Shown here one piece after another: positions 10,065 through 19,800 of a DNA stretch of 64,000 bases; position 1 is the stretch's first letter, and each line of letters starts with the position of its first letter. Made by a program: the position numbers and the translations under genes. The notes under the pieces were generated by a model. The model saw nothing but the letters and a program-made list of their open reading frames with translations. It did not search any database and had not been told where the DNA came from. The stretch comes from an uncultured Planctomycetaceae bacterium. Its GTDB lineage: Bacteria; Planctomycetota; Planctomycetia; Isosphaerales; Isosphaeraceae. The stretch lies in the NCBI GenBank assembly GCA_963833985.1, contig CAWIAD010000002.1:5120001-5184000 (forward strand), in the 5' to 3' direction.

Positions 10065-11156
10065 TCAGCTTAATTGCACTGGCAGTCGTTTCGGTCCCCA
10101 GGACCCCGGCGCCGGCTCGAACACGCCCGCGCACCGCGCCCGGCACCGCGGGCAGGTCCCCTCGGGCGTCAGGTTCCAGGCAGTCAGCCGGTACCAGTCG
10201 CGGCCGATCAGCAGCATGCCGCACTGGTGGCAGCGCGTGCTGTCGGCGTCGGGGTCGTGCACGTTCCCCACATACACGTACCATGCCCCGTTTTGAAGCG
10301 CGATCTGCCTCGCTCTGCGTAGCGTGGCCGGCGGTGTCGGGGGACGGTCGAGCATGCGGTGGTCGGGATGGAACGCCGAGAAATGAATTGGTACGTCGGG
10401 CCCAAGCTCCCCGACGACCCATTGCGTGAGCTTGTGCAACTCGGCCTCGGAATCGTTCTCTCCGGGGATCAGCAGCGCGGTCAGCTCGAACCAGACATTC
10501 GTCTCGTGCTTCAGGTACCGGAGCGTCTCGAGCACCGGCGCCAGCGACCCGGCACATACGTCGCGATAGAACCGTTCAGAGAACGCCTTGAGATCAACAT
10601 TGGCCGCGTCCATGACGCGATAGAATTCCGCGCACGGCTCGGCGCAGACCTCTCCCGCGGTGACAGCCACAGCCTTGATTCCCCGCGCATGGCAGGCCTG
10701 CGCGACATCAACGGCATACTCATGAAAGATCACGGGGTCGTTATAAGTGAAGGCGACGCTCCGGCAGCCCAGCCTCTCCGCGGCGCTCGCGATGGCCTCG
10801 GGGCTGGCGGAGTCGGCCAGCGTGTCCATCTCGCGCGACTTGGAGATGTCCCAGTTCTGGCAGAACTTGCAGCCCAGATTGCAGCCGGCCGTGCCGAACG
10901 AGAGCACTGGAGTGCCCGGCAGGAAGTGAGCCAGCGGTTTCTTCTCGATCGGGTCGATACAGTATCCGCTCGAGCGGCCATAGGTCGTGAGCACCACCTG
11001 TCCCTGCTCGCTGGCGCGAACAAAGCAGAAACCGCGCTGGCCTTCGTGTAGCTTGCAGAACCGCGGACAAAGATCACACTGCACTCGACCGTCATCAAGC
11101 CGGTGCCAGTATTTCGTTGGGATCGTCGATTTCATCGGTACCGCGGTGGCGCTCAT
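10065..11156 (-). CDS. amrS: AmmeMemoRadiSam system radical SAM enzyme
   Basis: CDLCPRFC...GFCFVR, DPIEKKPL, CNLGCKFC (CxxxCxxC), FSAFHP, C-terminal CxxC pairs. Confidence 0.9.
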   Translation of the reverse strand: MSATAVPMKSTIPTKYWHRLDDGRVQCDLCPRFCKLHEGQRGFCFVRASEQGQVVLTTYGRSSGYCIDPIEKKPLAHFLPGTPVLSFGTAGCNLGCKFCQNWDISKSREMDTLADSASPEAIASAAERLGCRSVAFTYNDPVIFHEYAVDVAQACHARGIKAVAVTAGEVCAEPCAEFYRVMDAANVDLKAFSERFYRDVCAGSLAPVLETLRYLKHETNVWFELTALLIPGENDSEAELHKLTQWVVGELGPDVPIHFSAFHPDHRMLDRPPTPPATLRRARQIALQNGAWYVYVGNVHDPDADSTRCHQCGMLLIGRDWYRLTAWNLTPEGTCPRCRARCAGVFEPAPGSWGPKRLPVQLS

Positions 11157-11228
11157 GGTTTCCCCTTCGCACATTCTATCAGGCCCTGGTTCATCGAGTT
11201 AGAATGAAAGGAAAAGTGGGGCCAAGGC

Positions 11229-12035
11229 ATGCGTGTACGTGCACCAGCCGTCGCCGGACTGTTTTATCCCGCGGACGCAAGCACGCTGCGCCGGCTGGTG
11301 ACCGAGCTGCTCGCAACCACTCGCGCACGGCCCGAAGGCCGGCCCAAGGCGCTGATCGTCCCACACGCCGGTTACGTTTACTCGGCCCCCATCGCGGCAT
11401 CAGGTCACGCCTGCCTCGAATTACAGCAGCCGCCGATCCAGCGCGTGGTATTGCTCGGCACCTGCCACACGCCTAACGTCAAAGGCATGGCCACCACCAC
11501 GGCTGACTTCTTCGAAACCCCGCTCGGCCGTGTTGCGGTGGATCGCGCTGGAGTGGAGAACGCGCTCCGCTTCCCACAGGTTCGGGTCAACGATCACACT
11601 CATGCCCGTGATCACGCACTGGAGGTGCAACTCCCTTTTCTCCAGGTTGTTCTGAACAGCGTCGAGATTGTTCCTTTCCTGGTGGGTCAGACCGATTCCG
11701 GGGCAGTATGCGAAGTCCTCGAGTCACTCTGGGGTGGAGAGGAAACACTCCTGATGGTGAGTTCCGACCTGAGTCACCATCATTCCTACGATCAAGCGAA
11801 AGCGCTGGATCGCGCCACGGCGAAAGCCATCGAAGAACTTGACGGCGCGTCCCTCGGCCCGAGTTCCGCATGCGGTCGGCACGCGATCGCCGGCCTGTTG
11901 CTCGCGGCGCACGGGGCCCATCTGACTTGCTGTCGACTCGACCTGCGCAATTCTGGCGACACCGCTGGCCCCCGCGACCATGTGGTCGGATATGGAGCCT
12001 GGTTGTTTTACACTGCCAGAGGGGCTTCGACCTGA
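11229..12035 (+). CDS. amrB: AmmeMemoRadiSam system protein B (MEMO1 family)
   Basis: PAVAGLFYP, IVPHAGYVYS, HALEVQLPFLQ, SSDLSH, SACG, VVGYG. Confidence 0.92.
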   Translation: MRVRAPAVAGLFYPADASTLRRLVTELLATTRARPEGRPKALIVPHAGYVYSAPIAASGHACLELQQPPIQRVVLLGTCHTPNVKGMATTTADFFETPLGRVAVDRAGVENALRFPQVRVNDHTHARDHALEVQLPFLQVVLNSVEIVPFLVGQTDSGAVCEVLESLWGGEETLLMVSSDLSHHHSYDQAKALDRATAKAIEELDGASLGPSSACGRHAIAGLLLAAHGAHLTCCRLDLRNSGDTAGPRDHVVGYGAWLFYTARGAST

Positions 12036-12150
12036 AGTTCCCGAGGCCGCTTTGCGCCCATCCTCCACCCGTACAGCGTGTGTCCGTCCGATTCCGGGGG
12101 CGTTCGTGGACACGGTACACTCCGGGCCCCGGACGCTGGTTCTTCCGCAG

Positions 12151-13313
12151 TCAAAGCCGAGGTCGGGCGTCACGGCGACACAGGTCTACAAGGTGGCGGG
12201 CCACCCGAGACGCGCCGTCGGTGGGGAACGGAGGATGGAGAGAGGCTCCGCTGAGAGCCTGCTCGAGGGCCCGGTCCAGCCGGAAATCACGGAAGGCTCG
12301 AGCGGACACGGGGATCCCGCCACCCCAGGCGCAGAGCGCGCGGTCGAGTGCCCTGAACTCGGCAAAACCCTGGCGCGGCGGGTAAATGATCGGCGTGTGG
12401 CCGGCCATCGCCTCGCAGACCGTACCGTAGCCGGCCTTGGCCACCAGGCAGTCGGTCGAGGCAATCAGGTCGCTGCCTGTCCATTCGGCGGCCGGAATCA
12501 CGTGCAGGTTGGCAAGAGGCCCGACGGGTGCGGGATGATAGCCAACGAAGTGAACGCCCTTGCGTAAGTAGCTTTCCAGGCGCTGCCAGTCGAGATCGTC
12601 CTGGCCATATCGACCAATGTAAAAGTAGACCAGCGACTCCTTCGTACCGAGCCCCAGCAGGTCGCGCAGCTCCTTGCGGCGGTTGCGGCCGCGGTTGGCG
12701 ACCATGCCAACATTGAGCTGACGCGGCAGCCAGGCCATGCGCAGTGCGGGCTCGGCGCGGAAAACGGCGGTGGCCTGGCGGTAACAGCTTCTCAAAGCGG
12801 CGACTAGAGATCTCGCCTCCACCCCGACCTTCCGCGCGTGGGGTGCGTAGATGTCGGCCCAGGTGAAGTTGGCGAGCAGGAAACCTGGAATACCGGCGCA
12901 CGGGCTGCCACCAGAGGAAGCGCCGGACTGTCGCAGAGGAGAGCGTCGATGCGATCATCTCGCAGCCACTGCACTTCCTCGTCAAGCCGGAGCACGGCTC
13001 CGGAGTGAACCTGCGCTGCGTGCTCGAGGGTCGCCGGACCATCGGTGGCCGTGCTGTTTCCCGGGGGGTTCACCGCGCCGGCGTCCGAGACGTGTTCTGA
13101 AAGCTCCGCCGGGCGGCTCAGCCGCTCGCGCCAGTTGGGGAACAGGTTGGGGTGGCAGCGAATGACGATAGGCACGTCACCGGGCACGCGGTTGATCACG
13201 GCAACGGCCCGGTTGAGGTGGCCGAAGCCATGGCTCGTCACGTAAAAGGCAAGTTTCCCGGGCGGCGTGGGTCTGGAGGTTCTGCGATTGCTCACTCCTG
13301 GCAAAATCCTCAT
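12151..13313 (-). CDS. GT-B glycosyltransferase-like protein (frameshift ~12898)
   Basis: YVTSHGFGHLNR, NFTWADIY, LVAKAGYGTVCEA, FAE motifs when the frames are joined. Confidence 0.75.
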
Positions 13314-13317
13314 CTCT

Positions 13318-14433
13318 TCAGGCCGCGGATTGAGCCTTGATGGACGGACGCTGACCGGGACGGCTCGTCCAGATCACTCCGCCGAGGGTCAAGAGACCGC
13401 CCAGAAGGAGCGCGGGGCTGAGAGCCTCGTGGAAGAACCAGACGCCCCAGACGACGGTGAGAACCGGTGCCGCATTGCTGAACGTGGCCACCTGGCTGGC
13501 ATCAAGCCGCCGTAGCGACAGGTTCTGAAGCGCGAGGTTCAGCGGGGTCACCAGCAGAGCCAGGATGGCCAGGCTAGTCCATGCGGCCGACGACGCGCGG
13601 CCAATCATGGGAAGCCAGCCGGGCAAGGTGACAAGTGCGATGGGCAACTCCAGCAAACACCCGAGGAGGAACGTCCCCGCCAGCACAGGCAGGGCACCGT
13701 GGCGCACCACCAGCGGCTTGCTCAGTGTGAGGTAGGCTCCCCAGGAGATGACGGCACCGATCAAGAGCAGGTCAGCCAGCATGATCGAGCGAGTCTCCGC
13801 CGGTGAGGCGGAACTTCCGCCCCAGAGGTTCCCCAACCCGATGACGGCCACGCCGGCGATGCTGGCCAGCACACCCCAGAGACGCCTGAGATCCAGCGCC
13901 TCGTGACCCAGCAGCCAGGCAAGAACCCAGACCACCAGCGGACAGACGGCGTAAAAAAGACCCACGTGCGAATTTGGGCCGAAGCGAGTGGCGTTCAGAA
14001 AGAAACTCTGGTTGATCGGCACACAGAACGCCGCAACCAGCAGCAAACGCAGGGGATCCTCGCGCAGGAGGCGCCGGAGGGCGGCCCGGTCCGTCAGAAA
14101 GGGGATCAAGCACAGTCCGGCGAAACCGAATCGCAGGAGCGGCAAGATGCCGACCGGCAGCTCGCGGACGGCCACCATCGCGAACGGCGACGTGGTCGAC
14201 CCGAACAGGACCATCAGTGACAGATAGATGTAACCGCGGAGATCGGGCCGGCAAGAACCTGCAAGGACGCGGTCGTGCAGCTCGGGATGGGGATGAGCTG
14301 CTGATGGCTGACTCGATTCGAGAGGCCTTCGCACCTCCGATTCAGGACACTTCGACTTGGCCACTGCGACGCTCATCACTGATCCCGTTTTCTCGTGATT
14401 TCCGTTTGTGGATCCGGCGCTTCCAGGATTCAC
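13318..14433 (-). CDS. EamA/DMT family transporter
   Basis: About 10 TM segments in two repeats; LLRFGFAG, WFFHEALS. Confidence 0.85.
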   Translation of the reverse strand: MNPGSAGSTNGNHEKTGSVMSVAVAKSKCPESEVRRPLESSQPSAAHPHPELHDRVLAGSCRPDLRGYIYLSLMVLFGSTTSPFAMVAVRELPVGILPLLRFGFAGLCLIPFLTDRAALRRLLREDPLRLLLVAAFCVPINQSFFLNATRFGPNSHVGLFYAVCPLVVWVLAWLLGHEALDLRRLWGVLASIAGVAVIGLGNLWGGSSASPAETRSIMLADLLLIGAVISWGAYLTLSKPLVVRHGALPVLAGTFLLGCLLELPIALVTLPGWLPMIGRASSAAWTSLAILALLVTPLNLALQNLSLRRLDASQVATFSNAAPVLTVVWGVWFFHEALSPALLLGGLLTLGGVIWTSRPGQRPSIKAQSAA

Positions 14434-14599
14434 CGGTTGCGCTGGATCATCTTAAGGCTTCCGGCAAGCCAGCAGCGCAGACCGTCTGTGTGCAGGGAAG
14501 ACGGTACCCGGAAGATGGAGACGACCGGCAGCTCGCGGGTTCGCGATGACGCGGGCGGCGCCGGGACGATTCTTCCGCCCAGGCTGCAACGGCGTGCGT

Positions 14600-14642
14600 T
14601 CGAAAGCGAAAAGGGCGGGTCGTTCGACGTCCCACCCTTCGC
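14600..14642 (-). terminator. Probable intrinsic terminator after the nucleotidyltransferase-like gene
   Basis: Minus-strand AAGGGUGGG...CCCGCCCUU stem followed by UUCGCUUUC. Confidence 0.5.
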
Positions 14643-14710
14643 AAGCTTGAATATAGGGATTACGACCGGGTGCCGCAAGGCGGAACCCGACCCGGCTTGA
14701 CCGGTCAGAG

Positions 14711-16024
14711 TCAGAACCGCACCTGGGCGATTGGCCAGGAGTCGGCCCGGTGGTCGTGCGACCGCTGGAAGGCGCGTTCCCGTTCCAGACGGGTTTGCTC
14801 GTGCAGTCCGCGATAGAGTTGTTCTTCGGCGTCAGTGAACGTCTTGCCGCGCCGACCCATGACGATACGCGCGGTGGCGAACATTTGCTCGAGCGAGAAC
14901 CCGGGACCTACCCGCCCGTACAGGACGGCAGTGAACGAGGGAACATGCTTGGGCAAGAGCAGCCCGGCGGGAAGGACGTTGCACATCACCCCGATTGCCG
15001 TCCCCGTGTTGAGCATGGAGCCCATGCCGGTGCGGGTGTGATCACCCACGAAGCAGCCAACCTTGGCCTGTCCGGTCGGTACGGGATCGCCCTGGAGCGG
15101 AACGAAGACCTCGCCGTAGTCGTTGCGCAGGTCGCTGTTCGAGGTGATGGCGCCCAGGTTCACCCACTCCCCGATGTAGGCGTGGCCCAGAAAGCCCTCG
15201 TGATACTTGTTGGAGAACCCGTGGACGATAGTGGCCTCCACCTCGCCACCGATCCGGCAATTGGGGCCGATCGACACGGACCCTCGAATGTTGGCTCGGA
15301 AGAGCTGAGTCTCCGGGCCGATGTAGCACGGCCCTTCCACCCGCGTGAACGGCTGCACCCAGACCTTGGGGGCAACGATGATCGGTCCGTTGGTGGTGTC
15401 GAAGACCGTATACGGGTCGATGCGAGCGGTTTCGTGAATCCGCAGCAGGTTGGACGGCCCTACCAGGGCCAGCGTCGAGAGCTGCCGGTTGGTGACACCG
15501 TTGCGCCTGGCCTCTCGGAAATCACGTTCGATGTAGGATCCGTTGCGAGCGACCAGATCCCAGGGCCGGAAGATCCATTCACCCTCAACGTCCACTGCCG
15601 GCTGACGCTCGGCGATCCTGTCGAACCAGGAGTCAATTCCGTGGGGGTCGAGGGCGACCGCATCCTCCGGTCCAACCAGCGCGCAGGCGGGCTGACCATC
15701 ACAGAGCCCGACCCACGGACCGCACATTTCCGGAACAAGAAAACCCGACGGCGGCACCCACCGCGAATTGGCCACGATGACCGGGCCTCGCGCCAGCCAG
15801 TCTCGATCGTTGACAACCATGTGAGGGTCACGCTCGCGCTGGACCGCCACCAGGTGCGAGCGCACCACGCCCCCGCGACGCTGCGGCCCGGGGCCAATGT
15901 CAAATGCGCTGGCGATCTTGCAGCCCAGCGTGGTACACCCGAGCCACAACTCATACATCGGCCGCGTGAGCGTGAGCGGCTCCAGTCCAGCAACGGCGAT
16001 GTCTTCTACCAGGCAAAGACGCAT
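14711..16024 (-). CDS. Putative sugar nucleotidyltransferase with left-handed beta-helix (GlmU-related)
   Basis: LEPLTLTRP N-domain; hexapeptide repeats; SNKYHEGFLGHAYIGEWVNLGA...SDLRNDY. Confidence 0.85.
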   Translation of the reverse strand: MRLCLVEDIAVAGLEPLTLTRPMYELWLGCTTLGCKIASAFDIGPGPQRRGGVVRSHLVAVQRERDPHMVVNDRDWLARGPVIVANSRWVPPSGFLVPEMCGPWVGLCDGQPACALVGPEDAVALDPHGIDSWFDRIAERQPAVDVEGEWIFRPWDLVARNGSYIERDFREARRNGVTNRQLSTLALVGPSNLLRIHETARIDPYTVFDTTNGPIIVAPKVWVQPFTRVEGPCYIGPETQLFRANIRGSVSIGPNCRIGGEVEATIVHGFSNKYHEGFLGHAYIGEWVNLGAITSNSDLRNDYGEVFVPLQGDPVPTGQAKVGCFVGDHTRTGMGSMLNTGTAIGVMCNVLPAGLLLPKHVPSFTAVLYGRVGPGFSLEQMFATARIVMGRRGKTFTDAEEQLYRGLHEQTRLERERAFQRSHDHRADSWPIAQVRF

Positions 16025-16182
16025 TTCCCACTCCTCGGTTCGAGGGCTGTGGCGGTGATTCAAACAGATCCGGACGCATCGGTCCAGCCGAGCTGGCTCG
16101 CCTGACCGCGAATCTTCAGCGAGATGATTTGCAGATCCTAAGCAGACCGGCCCCAGATCTCCAGCCGGAAGAGTCCATTTCA

Positions 16183-16683
16183 TCAATCTTGCGATCTTGC
16201 GTTGTTAATTGGCAACAAACTGACATGATTGCTTGCAGTATCGATGAGCGCAACGGTCCATACGCGGGCGCGATGGAGGGCCCCCGGGTTGATCCGCCGG
16301 GTCGGTCCTTCCTGTACATCGCGGGCCTGATGAGTGTGGCCCGACAGGAGGTATTCCGGTGAAAAAGCCGCAAGACGCAGGATCTCGTGTTCCGAATCAC
16401 CATGGGTGACCGCGAGGCTGTGATTGCCCAGAGAGATCAACCCGCCTCTTTCCAGACACGTGCCACCGGTGTCGATGATGGCCCGTCTCAAGCTCTCGCG
16501 GTCATCGTCACAGTTTCCAAAAACATAATAGCAAGGGAGGGTTGCGCACTGGTGGACGACCTCGGGACCAGTCAGGTCGCCACAGTGGATCAACGTGGTG
16601 GCACCCGCGTCGATCAGGGTGGCAACGGCCAGCCCGGTTCGCTCTACCTGGTCGTGGGTGTCTGACAGAACGCCGATCCGCAT
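16183..16683 (-). CDS. YfcE-like metallophosphoesterase
   Basis: SDTHD, HCGD, GNCD, THG, GHTH, NPGA motifs. Confidence 0.9.
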   Translation of the reverse strand: MRIGVLSDTHDQVERTGLAVATLIDAGATTLIHCGDLTGPEVVHQCATLPCYYVFGNCDDDRESLRRAIIDTGGTCLERGGLISLGNHSLAVTHGDSEHEILRLAAFSPEYLLSGHTHQARDVQEGPTRRINPGALHRARVWTVALIDTASNHVSLLPINNARSQD

Positions 16684-16818
16684 GGCGGGTCTCCTCATGA
16701 CGGGCGCCGCGGGCGGCAGCCGCCAGGGTCTACTGTTCGAACGGGAGCAGCCAGCGGTCGTCCCTCGCAGGGTGCGCTTTGCGGAGCGAGGCCACCAGAC
16801 AATCGATCACTCGCACCC

Positions 16819-16847
16819 TGTGCAGAATCGATTCCCGCCGTTACAAT
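16819..16847 (+). promoter_or_regulatory. Possible sigma70 promoter firing into the gene-free interval
   Basis: TACAAT at 16842-16847 in a local AT-rich patch; weak -35 TGTGCA at 17 bp. Confidence 0.4.
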
Positions 16848-16853
16848 TTTACT

Positions 16854-17355
16854 AGGTTCCTGTGGTGAGTCTCGGAACGAACGCCGTTTTCGCGGTTCGC
16901 CTTCGGAGCCTGCACCTGATCCGCAGGTCGGGTGCGCGGTCGGTTGAAGAAGCAACCGATCGCCGGGAGCGATTGGTCCTGACGATCCGCTCGTCAAGAG
17001 GATCAGGCGTTCCCCGGTTTTTCCCGCGTCGCGCGGGGAGGTGTTGCATGGCCACCGCAACCAAGATTTCGAACGGCCGCCAAGGCTCCGGTCCGCCGGC
17101 CGTATGATCCCGTTTCTCCTTCAGATCTCGACTCGTGCCAAGTCTCTTCATCTCCGACCCCAGTCGCTCGTGAGCAAGAGCCATTAGAAAACGCCGCACG
17201 CCGGCAAGAGGCGCCGGAAGCCTGGCAGTCGCGCCGGTCTGAGGCCCCCGATGCGGGACGGGGAAAACCCTGCCCGGATCATGAGACGTTCACTCGGGGT
17301 CGCAGCATGAGCTAACACCCCGGTCCGGCGGCTTGCTGCCTGGCTGCATTCCGCG
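16854..17355 (+). ncRNA. Candidate large structured non-coding RNA of unrecognised class
   Basis: No credible ORF; closing helix 16904-16911/17083-17090 enclosing back-to-back hairpins whose G.U wobbles work only on +; second domain 17216-17352. Confidence 0.5.
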
Positions 17356-17380
17356 TCCGACATGGTTCCCGTGAAGCCAA

Positions 17381-19108
17381 TCAGGCTCCTGCAACGCCTG
17401 CGGTCCAGATGTGCGCGTAGAACCAGACGATCAGGCCGACGATCAGGGCGAGGGCGAGACTGTGCCAGAGCACAGCGCGTAACAGGTCCCCCTCCCGACC
17501 TCCCTCGCCGGTCGCCGCGGCCGCAACGACGATCGATTGGGCGTCGATCATCTTGCCCATCACCCCACCGGTGGAGTTCGCCGCGGCCATCAGGACGGGA
17601 GCAAGCTGAAGCTTGATGGCGGTGATCTTTTGAAGATTGCCGAAGAGCACGTTGCTCGATGTATCAGACCCGGTGAGCGCCACGCCCAGCCACCCCAGCA
17701 AGGTCCCGAAGATCGGGTAAAGCCACCTTCCGGTCCGCGTGAAGGCAAGCCCAAGTACCGCGTCCATGCCGGAATACTTGGTCACGAAACCGAGCCCAAG
17801 CATGCAAACAATTGCAAGAATGGCCGGAGCCATTCTGGTCAAGGTGCCGGCAAACAACCGGACCAGGCCGGCTGGTGATACGCCCAGCAGCAGCCCGCTC
17901 AAGATGGCTGCCAGAAAAACGGCCGTCCCTGTCGATGAGAGCGGGACCACCTCAACCTGGGCTTTCTCGAGATCCTCGCCCCGCGGCGTTTCATGTCCCG
18001 TGACTGCGCCTCCCTTTGCCACCCGGAGATGGAGCCCGGGGATGACCGGCTTCCAGGAGAGCCTGGCATCCAGCCAGTCCTTGGCAGCGGGCGTGCCCCA
18101 GGGCTTGATCGCGGGAATCCCCCAGGCGAGGACCGTGATCGTGAGCAGGGCGAAAGGCATCCAGGCCCGAAGAACCTGTCCTGAAGTGAGGCCGGAGCTC
18201 CCGTGGATCAGCGCGTTTTGATCCGGGTCCACGCGGGGCGGACCGCTTGCATCCGGCAGCGACGAATCGGTCTCGTGGCTGAAGCGCCAGACCCGATGAG
18301 GCTTCCAGGCGCGCATCACGATCACCCCAGCTGCCATGCTCGAAACGGAGGCCACGATATCCACCAGCTCGAAGCCCACCAGGTTCGACCAGAGGAACTG
18401 GACGCCGGCAAAGGTCCCGCCGATGACGCCCAGCGGGAGCCAGACCTCGGCAGTCGCACGCCAGCTGCTCATGGTTCTGACCAGCCAGAACGGGATCAGC
18501 AGCGACAGGATGGGCAGGATTCGCCCACACATGGCGCTGAGAGCCTCGACATCCAGACCGGTAACGGCGCTGAGGGTGCGGAGCGGTGTTCCGATGCCTC
18601 CCCACGCGACCGGGGCCGTATTGGCGATCAGGCAGAGCAAGGCAGCCTGGAATGGCTGGAACCCCAGGCCGACCAGGAAGGCAGCCGAGATCGCGACCGG
18701 GGCACCGAAGCCGGCCGCCCCTTCGATGAACGCACCGAAAGAGAACGCCACCAGCACCGCCTGGAGCCGGCGATCTCCCGAGAGTCCAGCCACCGAAGCC
18801 TTCATCACTTCAAATTGCCCCGTCGAGACGGCGATGTCGTAGAGGAAAACCGCCGCCACGATCAGCCAGACAACCCGGAAAACGGCAAAGACCACACCGA
18901 CCGCGGCGCTGGAGAGGATCATCCGGGCCGGCATGCCGAACACCAAGAACGCGATCAGGCAGGCAGTCGCCAGGCCAACCAGCGCCGAGAGGCTCGCCTT
19001 CAGGCGGCCCCAGGCCAAGAGACCCAGGAGCACGAAGACGGGCAAGGCGGCCGCAAGGGTCGATGCGGGCCAGTAGCCGAGAGGATCATAGTTTTGCACC
19101 CACCGCAC
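17381..19108 (-). CDS. lctP: L-lactate permease
   Basis: QNYDPL start, DRRLQAVLVAFSFGAFIEGAAGFGAPVAI, ANTAPVAWG, GSDTSSNVLFG, GKMIDAQSI. Confidence 0.93.
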   Translation of the reverse strand: MRWVQNYDPLGYWPASTLAAALPVFVLLGLLAWGRLKASLSALVGLATACLIAFLVFGMPARMILSSAAVGVVFAVFRVVWLIVAAVFLYDIAVSTGQFEVMKASVAGLSGDRRLQAVLVAFSFGAFIEGAAGFGAPVAISAAFLVGLGFQPFQAALLCLIANTAPVAWGGIGTPLRTLSAVTGLDVEALSAMCGRILPILSLLIPFWLVRTMSSWRATAEVWLPLGVIGGTFAGVQFLWSNLVGFELVDIVASVSSMAAGVIVMRAWKPHRVWRFSHETDSSLPDASGPPRVDPDQNALIHGSSGLTSGQVLRAWMPFALLTITVLAWGIPAIKPWGTPAAKDWLDARLSWKPVIPGLHLRVAKGGAVTGHETPRGEDLEKAQVEVVPLSSTGTAVFLAAILSGLLLGVSPAGLVRLFAGTLTRMAPAILAIVCMLGLGFVTKYSGMDAVLGLAFTRTGRWLYPIFGTLLGWLGVALTGSDTSSNVLFGNLQKITAIKLQLAPVLMAAANSTGGVMGKMIDAQSIVVAAAATGEGGREGDLLRAVLWHSLALALIVGLIVWFYAHIWTAGVAGA

Positions 19109-19349
19109 CCCACACACTCCACGCCCCCCCAGGAGGCGAAATGAACCGGCTCGAGCTGCGACTGATGATCCCATCGCTTCCTGGCTTACTGAGGATACGC
19201 GACGCGTGAGTCCGACGCGATGATCCTATTCCACCATGGGGCACGCCCCACGGACCCTGGATTCGGAGTGAAGGCCAGACCGCCACGAACGGAAGGGGTC
19301 ATGTCGCCGAGTTTTCGGTGTTGAGCACTTTTCAGTGGCCGGTGTCGTC

Positions 19350-19379
19350 TTGACCGAGGGCCTGGTAAGGGGTTAAAGT
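19350..19379 (+). promoter_or_regulatory. Putative sigma70 promoter of the hpf-pts cluster
   Basis: TTGACC-18bp-TAAAGT about 60 nt upstream of the hpf GTG. Confidence 0.45.
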
Positions 19380-19440
19380 TCGATGTCGCCATTTCTCGCT
19401 GACGGCGAGCTTGGCAGAGAGATAGAGAAGGAGCGGATGC

Positions 19441-19800
19441 GTGCAAATCGAGATCTCGACGCGGCACGGTGCCTTGAATCCCGAGCAGCACAAGCATTTG
19501 CATGAAAAGGCCGAAAAGCTGCTCAAATACTTTGGTCGGCTGATGGCCATCGAGGTGGCCGTCGATCAGGGAAAGCAAGCCTGGGACGTCGAGATTCTGG
19601 CTTCCGCTGAACACAAGCACGATTTTGTCGCCCGTGAGGTTGGCCCCACGCCCGAGTCGGCGATGGATCTGTGCGTTCACAAGATCGAGAATCAACTGCG
19701 ACGTTACAAGGAGAAGGTCCAGAACCACAAAGGCGACGTTTCTCAGGCGGGGGATATACCCCAGTCTTCCGACCAGTCCGCTCCTCCCGAGGCGACCTGA
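19441..19800 (+). CDS. raiA: Ribosome hibernation factor HPF/RaiA (short form)
   Basis: QIEISTRH...KAEKLLKYF...AMDLCVHKIENQLRRYKEK; SD AAGGAG. Confidence 0.9.
   Translation: MQIEISTRHGALNPEQHKHLHEKAEKLLKYFGRLMAIEVAVDQGKQAWDVEILASAEHKHDFVAREVGPTPESAMDLCVHKIENQLRRYKEKVQNHKGDVSQAGDIPQSSDQSAPPEAT

Noticed and set aside
16695..17199. ORFs 16852..17199, 16695..17060 and 16862..17107 as proteins
   Set aside because: Arg/Ser/Pro-rich non-coding-like composition with no recognisable motif
16852..17355. Candidate RNA as raiA-motif RNA, RNase P, tmRNA, 6S, T-box or group I/II intron
   Set aside because: Hallmarks not seen (GAGGAAAGUC, tRNA-like ends, T-box, intron domain V); raiA is 2 kb away beyond lctP; a cmscan is still needed
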